A DNA stretch of 46,316 bases, from positions 62,001 through 108,316 of the forward strand of contig JBEUKZ010000020.1 of assembly GCA_048128005.1 (NCBI GenBank), written 5' to 3'. The notes beneath the pieces are model-generated. The model was not told the origin of the DNA, did no database searches, and saw only the letters and a program-made list of their open reading frames with translations. The DNA comes from Veleropilina oligotropha (lineage: Eukaryota). A program made the translations under genes and the position numbers. This document shows, in pieces, positions 11,446 to 23,219 of this stretch; the first letter of the stretch is position 1; each line of letters begins with the position of its first letter.

Positions 11446-12522
11446 GAGTCGCGGAGGTTACGCCGGTAGATCCGGCGACAGACGGCCCTTAAGGTCTACT
11501 GTCGTCCAGCGTCCCTGAAGTAGACAAAAAAAACGTTAATTCCCTTTAACCTACCATTTTGTCCCTTCTCGGGGGAGAACCCACCGTGGTAACCGCACTG
11601 GACGGCGTCATCGGTGGATATACGATCGCCCACTGCCTGCTGTTAAATCTAGGCACAGTTCACATATATATATATATATATACGGTGAACACGGCATTCC
11701 GTGCGCCTAGAAATCCGTGAAACTTCGGGTTTCACCCGGAGTTGCACCGGACCATACTTCCCTCTCCCTGAATACACGGGAGGGTAGTAGTGGGTGGAAG
11801 GGGTAGTTAAAAGTATATATTTGGTAGTTGTGACTATTTACTACGACAACTCTTAAAAATTGCCCTGATCTGAAGATCAAAGATCAGACGATATACCGCA
11901 AAAACCCCGAGCTGGGAACACCGAGGCCGGGTATTTACCCGACACGACCCGGTAAAAAACCAGGTAAATTGACTAGAACAAACGGGGGTTCTCTCTTAGA
12001 AAAAACCGCCCAGAAAAACACCTGAAAACCTCGTGGATGTTTTTATGTTAGTACAATTGTGTATTATCCCAGAAACGGCAGGATAACAGAAAAACGCAAG
12101 CGTGATATCTAAACGATCCTGCCTATTAACGACGCTAGAATTTTTATACAATAATAACCAGCAATAGCGTCGTTAAGGAATTATCCAATATAATGAGTTA
12201 CCTGTTTGCAGTCTCAAACAATATCAGATAAAAATACCGACCAGAAATTTCTTCTTATTACACGAAACTTCCCCTCTGAGCGGCCATGCTTTTCCTGCAA
12301 CAGCGGCGATGTCGGTTTCACTTGATTTTCAGAACTTCTCGAAGTTTTAGAATCACAATCTTCCTATATTCACTTGTGTTTTAGATATCCACAACACAGG
12401 GTATATTCCACAACTTATATATTAATATATAAGAATTATAGCGTCCTCGATTTAACGTATAAACCGGCGGACATTTCGAAATATTTGCGGAGCAAAAAAC
12501 ACGTCTTTCCGTCTCGGCGGAA

Positions 12523-12740
12523 AACTTTGAATTGATGTCTGGTGACTTGATAGCCCGGATGTCTCGCGAGACTTGGCGAGATCTCGCTGGAGGAACTTAG
12601 AGAGGGGAAGCAGGGGAGGTGATCGTGGTATATTTTGACTTAATTAGTGCATAAATGTGACTTTATTCACTGTTTCCGGTTAGCGATAATATGACTATTA
12701 TGGCAAGAGTAAGGACGTAAGTAAGTTTGTAACTACATAT
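12523..12740 (-). repeat. DIRS left (5') ITR
   Basis: Reverse complement of 5441-5641, plus terminal bases pairing with ICR 5750-5789. Confidence 0.93.
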
Positions 12741-13120
12741 ATATATCCATGGGTTACACAAATGCAACACAAGAAAATAACGAGATTGTACATTACACGA
12801 TACTCCGCTCGTATAACTGTGAAAATATTCTACGCGGTTCTGATTATTGAACGAAATGTTTAAATGTTTATGTCAAAAAACAGGGAAAACTGCGGAAATA
12901 TTTGTCAAAATGGAACTTTACCTTACCTCAGAGTGATTATTTACAATACAGTCACAAAATTAGAACGACATCTGATGCGAGGTACAGAAGAAAGTTGACA
13001 GAAACCAAATTTTTATGTCGAAAAAGGGGTATGACTCTGGTAATATTTGTCGAAATTCTGCTGAAATCGACCTTGACCTCCGCGCTGTCATTTTCATCGT
13101 AGTCACAAGAATGAACAACG

Positions 13121-13171
13121 CCCGATGTGCGGTTCTGTCCGATGTGCGGTTCTGTCCGATGTGCGGTTCTG
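13121..13171. repeat. 17-bp tandem repeat x3
   Basis: ccgatgtgcggttctgt. Confidence 0.85.
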
Positions 13172-13448
13172 AAGATAATTAGCAGAAACCAAAGATGGAC
13201 AGCGGACAGACATCAATGCGGCGGGGTATAAAATGTCAGGCATTTTAAATATGGTCATTTTGAAAGGTCATTGGGTCCATCAATTACACCATCATGTACC
13301 AATAAATTGTGTCGCTGTAATTATCACATCAATTGCAGTGACTGCATCGATAATAAACAAACCACTGATCATCAGACTTTGAAAGTTACATGGAGTACAA
13401 CTTGAGCTAGTCGACCTTGCATGCGACCTTGACCTTGTATGTACTTAC

Positions 13449-13565
13449 GGTGTACGACACCCAGTTTACATCTATGCCTTCCTCAATGTGCTTCTTTACC
13501 AGATGTAGTCGCCCATAGCAACAAGCTTCCCAGAAGTCCTCTTGCTTACTGGCTGCTTGTCCCAT
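13449..13565 (-). CDS. Ankyrin-repeat protein, first coding exon
   Basis: ttttcag|aggtccattATG...MGQAASKQEDFWEACCYGRLHLVKKHIEEGIDVNWVSYT|gtaagt; ankyrin-like; the acceptor at 13575 implies an upstream non-coding exon. Confidence 0.9.
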
Positions 13566-13827
13566 AATGGACCTCTGAAAAATGTATGGGAAATACAGAG
13601 GTGACATTCACATATTTATATAACACCATAAAGGGTCATAGCAGGACATGTCCATATTACCTTGGCAACGGGTCATAACAGGACTTATCTTACTTTCTTT
13701 TAAAATACTCGAATTTCATTGGTTGTTTTTCGTTGACAATCCACGGTGTGCACGGGATTAGACGGTGTACAACTGAAAACAATGGCGGCATTGTACACTG
13801 TGTGATTTTTAAGGTTATCTCAATGAC

Positions 13828-14023
13828 TTGAAGCGAAGGACTGCTGGATTGCATTAGAGGGTGCACCAGTAGTATTTATTCCCTGACCGGTGTCAACCCA
13901 TGGGTGGGTCTTCATCAGAGGGGTGTCGTTGGTTCCGAATGTGTTCAGCCTTTTATACTTTCGCTTGTTGGTGTCACGTGTCGTCATGGTGATAGTGTAA
14001 TAGCCGTGGTATTAGCCGTTGTG
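13828..14023 (-). mobile_element. ~196-bp Penelope pLTR/retrozyme-like mini-element with 15-bp flanking direct repeat
   Basis: ggttatctcaatgac at 13813-13827 and 14024-14038; minus strand carries TATAAAAG, a hammerhead core and AATAAA. Confidence 0.65.
13881..13922 (-). ncRNA. Minimal type I hammerhead ribozyme with a mutated core (GAAA>GACA)
   Basis: ccct CTGATGA a gaccca ccca tgggtt GACA ccg GTC aggg: helix I ccct/aggg, helix II gaccca/tgggtt, palindromic ACCGGT in place of helix III. Confidence 0.7.
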
Positions 14024-14209
14024 GGTTATCTCAATGACGTTTTCGGTCGATTGCATGATATAGGGGAGACAACCATGCCCGACTAAAATTAAGATTTGTC
14101 GTCTGCGTACGTTTTCAATTGGCATCTAACGGAAAATAGAGACGGGTTGGTTCATATTAAATACTGCCAATATTCAGACCATTTATTTCATTTGAAAGTA
14201 AGATAAAAT

Positions 14210-14348
14210 CGTTGTCTTCTGATCACTCGGGTGACATCTGTGATTGTATTCCTTCCTGAGGTTGTACCCCTCAGCGCTACGCGCTTCAGGGTACAACGTC
14301 AAGCGGAATACAATCACAGATGTCCCCCTCATGATCGGAAAACAACTT
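14210..14348. repeat. Palindromic MITE-like foldback
   Basis: gacatctgtgattgtattcc...gttgtaccc [cagcgctacgcgcttc] gggtacaac...ggaatacaatcacagatgtc. Confidence 0.75.
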
Positions 14349-14703
14349 ATAATGTCCATATTATCATGGGAGGAATTAAGCCGTCTATAAACATGATAAA
14401 AACTAGAACTGATATCCAGAGGACACCTGACAGGTATACAAATCCGCAGTATACAAATCTCCCAAAATATGTTGAAGAGGTTCAAATTTTATAAGTTAAC
14501 ATACTATCAACTCAGCTGTTCATGTGGGAAGCGTGGCCATGCGGAAGTAAATTTTGAAAATTAACTATGTCTGAATAAATATTTTGTTTGGCCTGGATTG
14601 GAGAACTACTTTCTTCGAAGTGTTTCATCCTGGAACAACCTGGTTGCCAGCCGAGGCCTCTGACTTATTATCAATCAAGCAGAGGACGTCATCCCTCTCC
14701 TAG

Positions 14704-15791
14704 ACTGTAGGGGTTCAGCTACAAGTACCTTATAGCGATTCCCACTGTAGGGGTTCAGCTACAAGTACCTTATAGTAATTCCCACTGCAGGGGTTCAGCT
14801 ACAAGTACCTTATAGCGATTCCCACTGTAGGGGTTCAGCTACAAGTACCTTCTAGTGATTCCCACTGTATGGGTTCAGCTACAAGTACCTTCTAGTGATT
14901 CCCACTGTAGGGGTTCAGCTACAAGTACCTTCTAGTGATTCCCACTGTAGGGGTTCAGCTACAAGTACCTTATAGTGATTCCCACTGTAGGGGTTCAGCT
15001 ACAAGTACCTTATACTGTTATAGTGATTCCCACTGTAGGGGTTCAGCTACACGTACCTTCTAGTGATTCCCACTGTAGGGGTTCAGCTACAAGTACCTTC
15101 TAGGGATTCCCACTGTAGGGGTTCAGCTACAAGTACCTTCTAGTGATTCCCACTGTAGGGGTTGAGCTACAAGTACACGGTCTTCTAGTGATTCCCACTG
15201 TAGGGGTTCAGCTACAAGTACCTTCTAGTGATTCCCACTGTAGGGGTTCAGCTACAAGTACCTTCTAGCGATTCCCACTGTAGGGGTTGAGCTACAAGTA
15301 CCTTATAGTGATTCCCACTGTAGGGGTTCAGCTACAAGTACCTTCTAGTGATTCCCACTGTAGGGGTTCAGCTACAAGTACCTTCTAGGGATTCCCACTG
15401 TAGGGGTTCAGCTACAAGTACCTTCTATTGATTCCCACTGTAGGGGTTCAGCTACAAGTACCTTCTAGTGATTCCCACTGTAGGGGTTCAGCTACAAGTA
15501 CCTTCTAGTGATTCCCACTGTAGGGGTTCAGCTACAAGTACCTTCTAGTGATTCCCACTGTAGGGGTTCAGCTACAAGTACCTTCTAGTGATTCCCACTG
15601 TAGGGGTTCAGCTACAAGTACCTTCTAGGGATTCCCACTGTAGGGGTTCAGCTACAAGTACCTTCTAGTGATTCCCACTGCAGGGGTTCAGCTACAAGTA
15701 CCTTCTAGTGATTCCCACTGTAGGGGTTCAGCTACAAGTACCTTCTAGGGATTCCCACTGTAGGGGTTCAGCTACAAGTACCTGCTAGTGA
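14704..15791. repeat. Minisatellite, 40-bp unit, ~27 copies
   Basis: Unit gattcccactgtaggggttcagctacaagtaccttctagt. Confidence 0.95.
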
Positions 15792-15839
15792 CTCGTACCG
15801 GGGAACATTGGCTGCCCGCACTTCATCTATATTAACTAT

Positions 15840-16456
15840 CAGGGTTCTCCCCAGAGGGGTCACACGGAGGGGTCACGGAGGGGTCGCTTGTGTTCCTCAC
15901 TTTTAATTATCCCACTCTTCTTAATATCAGTATCTATATCCTTTCATTGTCTTTCATCGCTTAATAGTCAAGTGTGACAGAGTCGACGTACAATGTTGAC
16001 AGATGTAGATTCTGAAAGATGGGGGGTGGGGTGTTCCACTTCCAATATACTAGTATGTTTTCTGATTGGATATGAAATTACACGTCATGGCCTATCCTGA
16101 TACTAGTATAGGCTGTGTATTCAAAAACATTCATTTGATTCTGAGTCGGAGCGACAGCAGGGTTCTCTGTAGATTGAAATTATAAGGTGATGGGGGGATT
16201 ATGTTGCGGAGGGGTCGCGCGTGTGTGCGTTGTTTATGTATGTATCTTTTTTCTTCTTTTTTTTCTTTTCTTTTTTTTATCTCACCGGGGAGCTAAGTCC
16301 CCATGCATGTATGTATGTATGCATGACATTGTATAATATGTATGTATATATTGTATATATATATTAATTATTATGGCTTCTATGGGGTCAACAGATGGAA
16401 TGGTGGTCAAAAAACAAAATTGCCGGGAGGGGTCCTAGTACCCGGGGAGAACACTA
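15840..16456. mobile_element. hAT-like non-autonomous TIR element
   Basis: cagggttctcccc ... ggggagaacacta imperfect TIRs; internal ggaggggtc motifs; no clear TSD. Confidence 0.45.
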
Positions 16457-18421
16457 ATTAATGATTTTCAAAAGTGAGTCCGGACCTTTGGCGTAGAGCA
16501 TAGTGGTGAAAATGTTCATAAATGTTATTCGGATCCTTGACTCTTTTGTGTGGTTCATCGGTGAACAGTTACACTGTGACAGTGGTAGCATTGGAACTCC
16601 GTCGTTGGGACTGTTGTGGCAGCGACTCTGTGACATTGCTCACGTGCTGCCCTCAGATTTTGTCGTCGGTCTTTCTCTAAATTGACAGAAATTCTATGGG
16701 TCTGGGTTCGCCAGCGTGATCGCTCGCTGCTGTCTCTAGCTCCTTTGCCTGGATGTTGTACCAGTTAACGTTTGCAGGTTTGCTTTGACATTGTCTATGT
16801 AACGTATACACGGTTGTCTAACCTGATGTCGTCACCATTCAAATGTTGCCTTGCATCCTATGGTCCTCCATTCTGATGGCATGACCCACCCACCAGTTGG
16901 GCCTTCTATGCTGACTGATTCCAAGTTAGGCCAAAAAAATAAATTATTTGGTTCCTGTTACATGATCAAAATTAGGGTAGGTAGGTAGGTAAATATTTTT
17001 ATTTTTTGAAAAGTTTTTTATATATGTATTGATTTTTCCCGCACTGGTCCTGAATTTAACGGCGTAAAACCGACCGATTTCTTCGATTTTTAGCCGTGAA
17101 ATTTAAGAACCATCGAGGTGCCATTTGATAGCATTATTTATTTATAATATATAGCCTCTCATATACTTACATTTGCTAGATTTTTGTTACTTGACTGCAA
17201 AAAAAGATTTGAAAAATTTAATATCTAGATCGGGGTATATATTTATTGAGATAAATCGGGATAATCCCGATAGAAATATATCCCGACAAGTGACTTGTTA
17301 CAAACTGGTTACATGTTACATGCACTCTCTGAATGCAGGAGAGGGGGTTGCATGATTGAAGTTAGTTGTCAACATTATCCGGAACCATCAATATTTAGTC
17401 TATTTCAACCATTGACTTACCAATTTGTCCACCATCGTCACCCCACCTCCCATCCAAATGCTGGATCTCTTGCTTATGTATTTATAACGAGCACGAAGTG
17501 CGAGCTCTAGCTATAGGGTAACACTTGTGTAGAAAATAATGAATTCACAACAAAATTGTCTAGGCCTACCATATAAACTGTTTAACATGAAACAGGCATC
17601 CTGGGATTGATTTGACGAATTACACACATCATTCGGTTATGGGTAATATTATGGTCGGTTATGGGTAATATCATATTTTATATTTTATTTAGTTACCAAG
17701 AGTGTCAAGCATGCACATGACATGCGCATAGCGCCTAACATAAACAACGAATTCTAATAAAGTTTTAATGTCTAAATGTCGGATAATCGTTAGCGTAAAT
17801 GTGACGTCATCGCCGATCGCGTTAATATTTCAAATTCGTCTTGATAATAGGCCAGACGCCGTACGCTGTAGCATGACTTTCCGCTCCGATACATGTGGCA
17901 CTAAATTTTCTATCTTGTTTCTTGTCTGCTTGTAGATTAACATATTATACTTTAGTTGAAATAAAAAGTTCTGTTTGTAATTTTAATAACAATATCAAAA
18001 TACATTCTTTCAATGTAGGCGTCAAATATCAAATCCGTTAAGCGTCAATGAAGACGATATTTTACTACGCAGGCGAACGGACCAATCATGGTTCAGCATT
18101 CCACGTCAGCTGTGCATGTTATCAAACAAAATGGCTGATCCCATGTGCTTCGCTTCAGCTTGTATCATATGGTGTTAATTTTGTTCCTCGAGGACAAATT
18201 CATTTACGAGAAAAACATTGAAAAGTTCGTAATGTGTGATAAAATGGGCTTCGCTATATATATTCAAACGAGACGTTATATGCTGAGAAATGTTATATTT
18301 AGTATTTGAAGTTCGCACGTATCTGATAATGTCCCGAGTCCGACACCAGGCTAGCTGTCATTGGACGTCTTATAGACAAGAAGATTTACAGACAAAAAGC
18401 CAAGAAACGGTGTATCACAGT

Positions 18422-19267
18422 GGTGCGTTCAGGATGAAAAGGTTTTGTCCAAATCACAAAACGTTTTGCATAAATTTAGCCGTTCAATTACAGAGCGCTT
18501 TCTGAAAACGTTTTGCACACGGCGTGCAACCTTCATAGGTTACACGCCGCATGACCAAGATGGCGGACGATAGATCGATTGTGAATAAAGGACTGAATGT
18601 CAAATATATTTTGCGACATTTGCATGCATTTGGGAGTCATAGACTATCAATCACAGTCTTAATCGAAAATAATTTAATTTAAAGTTTCTACTGATAGCTT
18701 AAATGGTGCTTTACCACTTGTTTATATGCTGTATTCGAAAAATTCTAGCAAGGGCAGATAACTACGCAATTCAGCGATTTGTATTGGACTGTATGAAAAT
18801 AATATTTAACAATGATAATGACCGATATGTCAGGCAGCAGCTGGTGATGCGAAAGGAAACAATTTTATATCGTATGTCACTGTTATTTATAGTTGATAGT
18901 TGTACTAACAATCATATTTTACAAGAATTGTCAATGTTATCGTTTTGAAGTTCTATAATAATTTTTTTTATTTAATCAAAATTTCAGTAATACAGGACAA
19001 AAGTGTCAATATATAGCCTTCGTCAAGGATGGATGTGTCCCGTAGTGATAAACACGGACCAGCTCTATACACTAATAGCATGGAAGTTTCCTTATTGATG
19101 GATTAGTAAGCGTAAAGGTGTTATCATTAGCACATTCGTTGATCGGTAAATCAAGTCGATAAAGTCGGCCATTTTGGAAAACATTTTCAACACCAAAGAG
19201 CGTTTAACAAGCGTACAAAGCGCTTTTGAAAAACATTTTGCTGAAAAGTCAATCCTGAACACACGGC
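18422..19267. mobile_element. Old TIR element (PIF/Harbinger-like termini)
   Basis: gtgcgttcaggat ... atcctgaacacac; internal aaaacgttttg/agcgcttt motifs and inverted ccaagatggcggac / gtcggccattttgg. Confidence 0.4.
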
Positions 19268-20599
19268 AGGTATGGACAGTACGGTGAAATCACCTTGTAA
19301 AATGATATTTAAAGTTAACCGCCCAAAAGCTACGTACGTGTCAAGTCTCGCTTTGCTATGCCATATCAGTGACCGAGTTTGTGTTGGAATATGGGTGAAA
19401 TAGGTGTCATCGCCTATATTGTCAAATACAGATTCAGAAATGTGATTATGACATGAACTGAAACAAACTATTAATTTATGTAAACAACAGAGAATCCACG
19501 GTGCAGTTTGGGAATATAAAATATTATGCTGTTATATTATGAATATATATATCCATAAATCAGTGTACAAATGTGTGCTTTGTCACATGTCAGTAACAGT
19601 TTGTGAGCTTATTATTTATATTTAACCTTCATACAAATTATAGGATTTTCTAGGGATTCCTCCAGGGGGTTGAACGCCTCATGAAACCTATTAGGGGTTA
19701 TATTCCCACCAACTTTTGCAATTGATCAGTAAAATGTATACTTTTGCCCTCTTAGAATGAGATGCCTTATCGGAGTGGAGAAATACAATTTTTCCCTACA
19801 TGCCGGGGAACTTAAGGTCCCATACACCGCATACCGTTGACCTATAAGGACCCTCCACACTTTTTCTGGACGAAACCTGAGTACATACAAATAATGAAGC
19901 TGCATGAGTGGCGTTACAGGAGTCATACGAGTTATGCGTCATATACATACATCTTAACACAAATTTTGAAATAGATACATTCCTGAAACAGATTGTAAAG
20001 TGTATACAGCTCCTATGCCACGTTGGATAATGGTTTCAGTGAGCTGAAGAAAATCCATCAACCTATTTCAGAAAAATGCATAGCCAGTATATAGACCTAC
20101 ATATTATCTATATAGACATTTCAATATAGGACACATTTCAATATAATATTATCTTAATTTTGTGAAGTTATCGTTCAAGAATATATGCCTTATTATCAAC
20201 TATCCTGTGTATATTATCTACTAGCCTATTGTGTGCATATAAAGTTGTTGTAGTTTAAACATTTTTATTGCTGATGCTATTGCAAAGGGATCGGGTAAAA
20301 AAGTTGTACGACTTATAAAAAATTTTAACCTGTAAGTTGAATGCTTATGAATTGAAAGTAGTATTATTTGAATATGATCAAACATGCATTTTTTGCACTT
20401 CCCAAATATCTCATTTTTATAATAAACCATTAACTTTCAATTATATGTAGGGGAAAACTACTTACATGGTGTTTTTGTATTCCTGGAAATATGTAACTGT
20501 TAGTATGGTGTTTGCAACTAATTAATAACAACAACACCAGTCAAGTGGATTAAAAGTTATATATAGTCGAAAAAAAGCACAAGAGCCAAAAATGTCCCA

Positions 20600-21980
20600 T
20601 TTTTTCGAATAAATCATGATGTTTTGGTTATATGTACGACAGCAATATTTAAATGACACCTGCAATCATTTTGTAATGGTTAGATATTAAATTTATGAAG
20701 TGTATCCAGAAAAATAAGCATCAACAGGTGAGCAGATTGAATATTACAACTGTTGGAAGACCATTCCCAAAATTCAAATTCCCAAAATTAAATCATGAAT
20801 TTTCAGTTTTTACGACATAAATATTTAAATGACACCAGCAACTGTTTAGATATAGTTAGATATTATATTTATGAAGTATATCCAGAAGTATAAGCATTAA
20901 CAGCCTAGCGGTTTTAATGTTACAACTGTTGGAACATGCCCCCATACCCCAAAATGTCACATTTGAATTGAATAATGATATAAATCATGAACTTTCAGTT
21001 ATGTTTCGAAATAAGTATTCAAATGACACCTGGAACTGTTTAGATGTAGGTAGATATTATATTTGTGAAGTGTGTTCGGAAATATAAGCATCAACGGGTG
21101 AGAAAATTGAATATTACAACTATTGGAACATGCCTCCGTATTCCCAAAATGTCACATTTTAAACGATTAAATCATGAATTTTCAGTTGTTTACAACATAA
21201 ATATTTAAATGAAACCAGCAACTGTTTAGATATAATTATATATTTTATATATGAATTGTATCCAGAAGTATAAGCATCAACAGGTTAGCGGTTTTAATAT
21301 TACAACTGTTGGTACATGCCCCCATACCCCAAAATATCACATTTAAATCGATTAAATCATGAAATTTCAGTTATGTTTAAGAAATCATCATTTAAGTGAT
21401 ACCTGCAACTGTTTAGATATAATTATATATTATATATATATGAAGTGTAATCCAGAAGTATAAGCATGAACAGGTTAGCGGTTGTAATACTACCAGGCGC
21501 AGATCCAGGGGGGGGGCGCACCCGGCACGCGTCCCCACTAAAGTTGGCCAAGCATACTAAAATAATACGTATAATCTGATACAAATGACTTTCAGAACAT
21601 TATAAATAGGCTGTTGCAATGTAATAATGCAGGAGGGGGATTTCACATCGTTAATTGTCAAAATTTACTTGCGCATGGGGCGCCGACCCCACGCGGACAA
21701 TTCGATTATGACAAAATAAAACAAAAATTTGACTCGTGCTATTTGAGTGACGGTGGTTCATAAAAAGTTATAATGAAATATCGGTTTTGCCCTGTCAGAG
21801 TGCAGGAGAGGGGGTTTCAGGCTGTTGATTCTCGAAATTTTCTTGCGCATGGGGCCCCGCCCACACGCGAACAGTTGATAGTAAATTCAGCGCCCCCCTA
21901 AACGAAATTCCTGGATCCGCGCCTGACTACATATGTTGGAACATGGTCCCATGCCCCAAAATGTTCTATTTTTGGTCATA
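20600..21980. repeat. Diverged ~180-bp tandem repeat (~5 units), interrupted by a MITE
   Basis: Recurring aaatcatgaa...aaatgacacc...gtatccagaa...taagcatcaacagg...tacaactgttggaacatg...cccaaaatgtcacattt. Confidence 0.8.
21494..21925. mobile_element. hAT-like MITE
   Basis: TIRs caggcgcagatccagg / cctggatccgcgcctg; actac on both flanks; the satellite resumes after it. Confidence 0.75.
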
Positions 21981-22006
21981 TAGGGTACCTTTAGATGAAT
22001 AGAAGT

Positions 22007-22160
22007 AAAACAAGAGCTGTCAGAAGGACAGCATGCTCGACTATCAAAAGCTAGATCGATCTTCATGCAAAATGTTAACCTGAAGTTTGACGCCAACGCC
22101 GACGCCGACGACAGGGTGACTGCAATAGCTCGTACTATTTTAGAATAGACGAGCTAAAAA
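22007..22160 (+). mobile_element. Short HINE/Helentron-like element
   Basis: aacaagagctgtc..gacagc 5' hairpin, (gacgcc)n, 3' hairpin tagctcg...cgagcta then aaaaa. Confidence 0.6.
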
Positions 22161-22221
22161 CTGCATGATATTTCGTGCAGAACTTTTTACTGCAAGTCAG
22201 GGAGGTCATTATCTCAGAATA

Positions 22222-23219
22222 CCAGCGGTTTCGCCCCCAAGACCGTTCGCCCCCTGCCTGTTCGCCCCCTATTATGGCTGTTCGCCTCCCAGGCTAGTTT
22301 GAAAATAGACCGTTCGCCCCCCAGATAGAGACTTTTCGCCCCCTATCTTTTCTTTTAAGATATTAAACTATTATAGTATAGCTACAATATACATATATAT
22401 ATACTGTACATCGAATTATAAGTAATTTATTTTCTCATTTCAGAACGTTTGGTACTTGGTAAACCATATTTATTCAGCTATAATGCTCTAAAATGCGTTC
22501 ATTTACCTCGTTAGTACAAAGGTTATGACCAAAGAGACAATCATGATATCGCGTATATCGTGAACATGACACCAAAAAATGTTGTGCATCTTCAATTTAG
22601 TGCTGTTATCATATATCGTCATCGCTATATATCGCGATTCTAGTCAGGCAACGACAATATCGGGAACCGATTTTGTTACGGTGATATCGTCAACATATAT
22701 ATTTATTACAGCATGGCGACGCGATGACATTCAGACGAAATAGGTTGGAATCATACTTTGTAAAGATCGCATGTATATGCGCACCGTTAAGTAAAGTATT
22801 ACGCATAATGTAAATTGTGTCTAAAATGTTAGACAATTTAAAATTATCTTTGGTATTTCCATTTAATATCATAAGCGTGAATACACATCAACAGGTGTTT
22901 GATCCTATTGAAGGCCTATGTAATCTTTTGATGACTTGCAGACAAAGCAAGGCCGATTAACAAATATAAAAACGGGATATATGTTACTCTACTCGGCCTT
23001 GAAAATAATATCCACATCAAAGCTGTCGTATTATAATGAGTAGCAAGTGTCATTTGGAGGACCATGTTGAATATAAAATATAAACAATTATTATTTCATA
23101 CGAAATATATATTGCATTGGGGGGCGAAAAGACACGTAGAAGGGGGCGAATAGGCAGGGGGCGAACAGACGGGGGGCGAACGGGCAGGGGGCGAACGGTC
23201 TTGGGGGCGAAACCACTGG
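22222..23219. mobile_element. Non-autonomous TIR element with subterminal gttcgcccc repeats
   Basis: ccagcggtttcgcccccaagaccgttcgccccctgcc ... ggcagggggcgaacggtcttgggggcgaaaccactgg. Confidence 0.85.

Larger units (their letters stand above)
5402..12740 (-). mobile_element. Full-length DIRS1-like tyrosine-recombinase retrotransposon (coding regions decayed), intronic and in sense orientation to the ankyrin gene
   Basis: 201-bp identical ITRs (5441-5641 and 12523-12723), ICR at 5700-5789 complementary to both termini, ATAT at both ends, order gag, RT/RNaseH/MT, YR. Confidence 0.95.

Noticed and set aside
149..15791. Regular repeat arrays (25, 28, 40, 55 bp) as possible CRISPR arrays
   Set aside because: Units are head-to-tail with no unique spacers, no cas genes, and the context is eukaryotic.
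16470..16925. Possible LINE remnants on the minus strand (AKGPD; WVGHAIRMEDHR)
   Set aside because: Too degenerate to delimit or classify by eye.
17421..17480. Candidate 5' UTR exon of the ankyrin gene (TTG|GTAAGT donor on minus strand)
   Set aside because: A single consensus donor without any other support.
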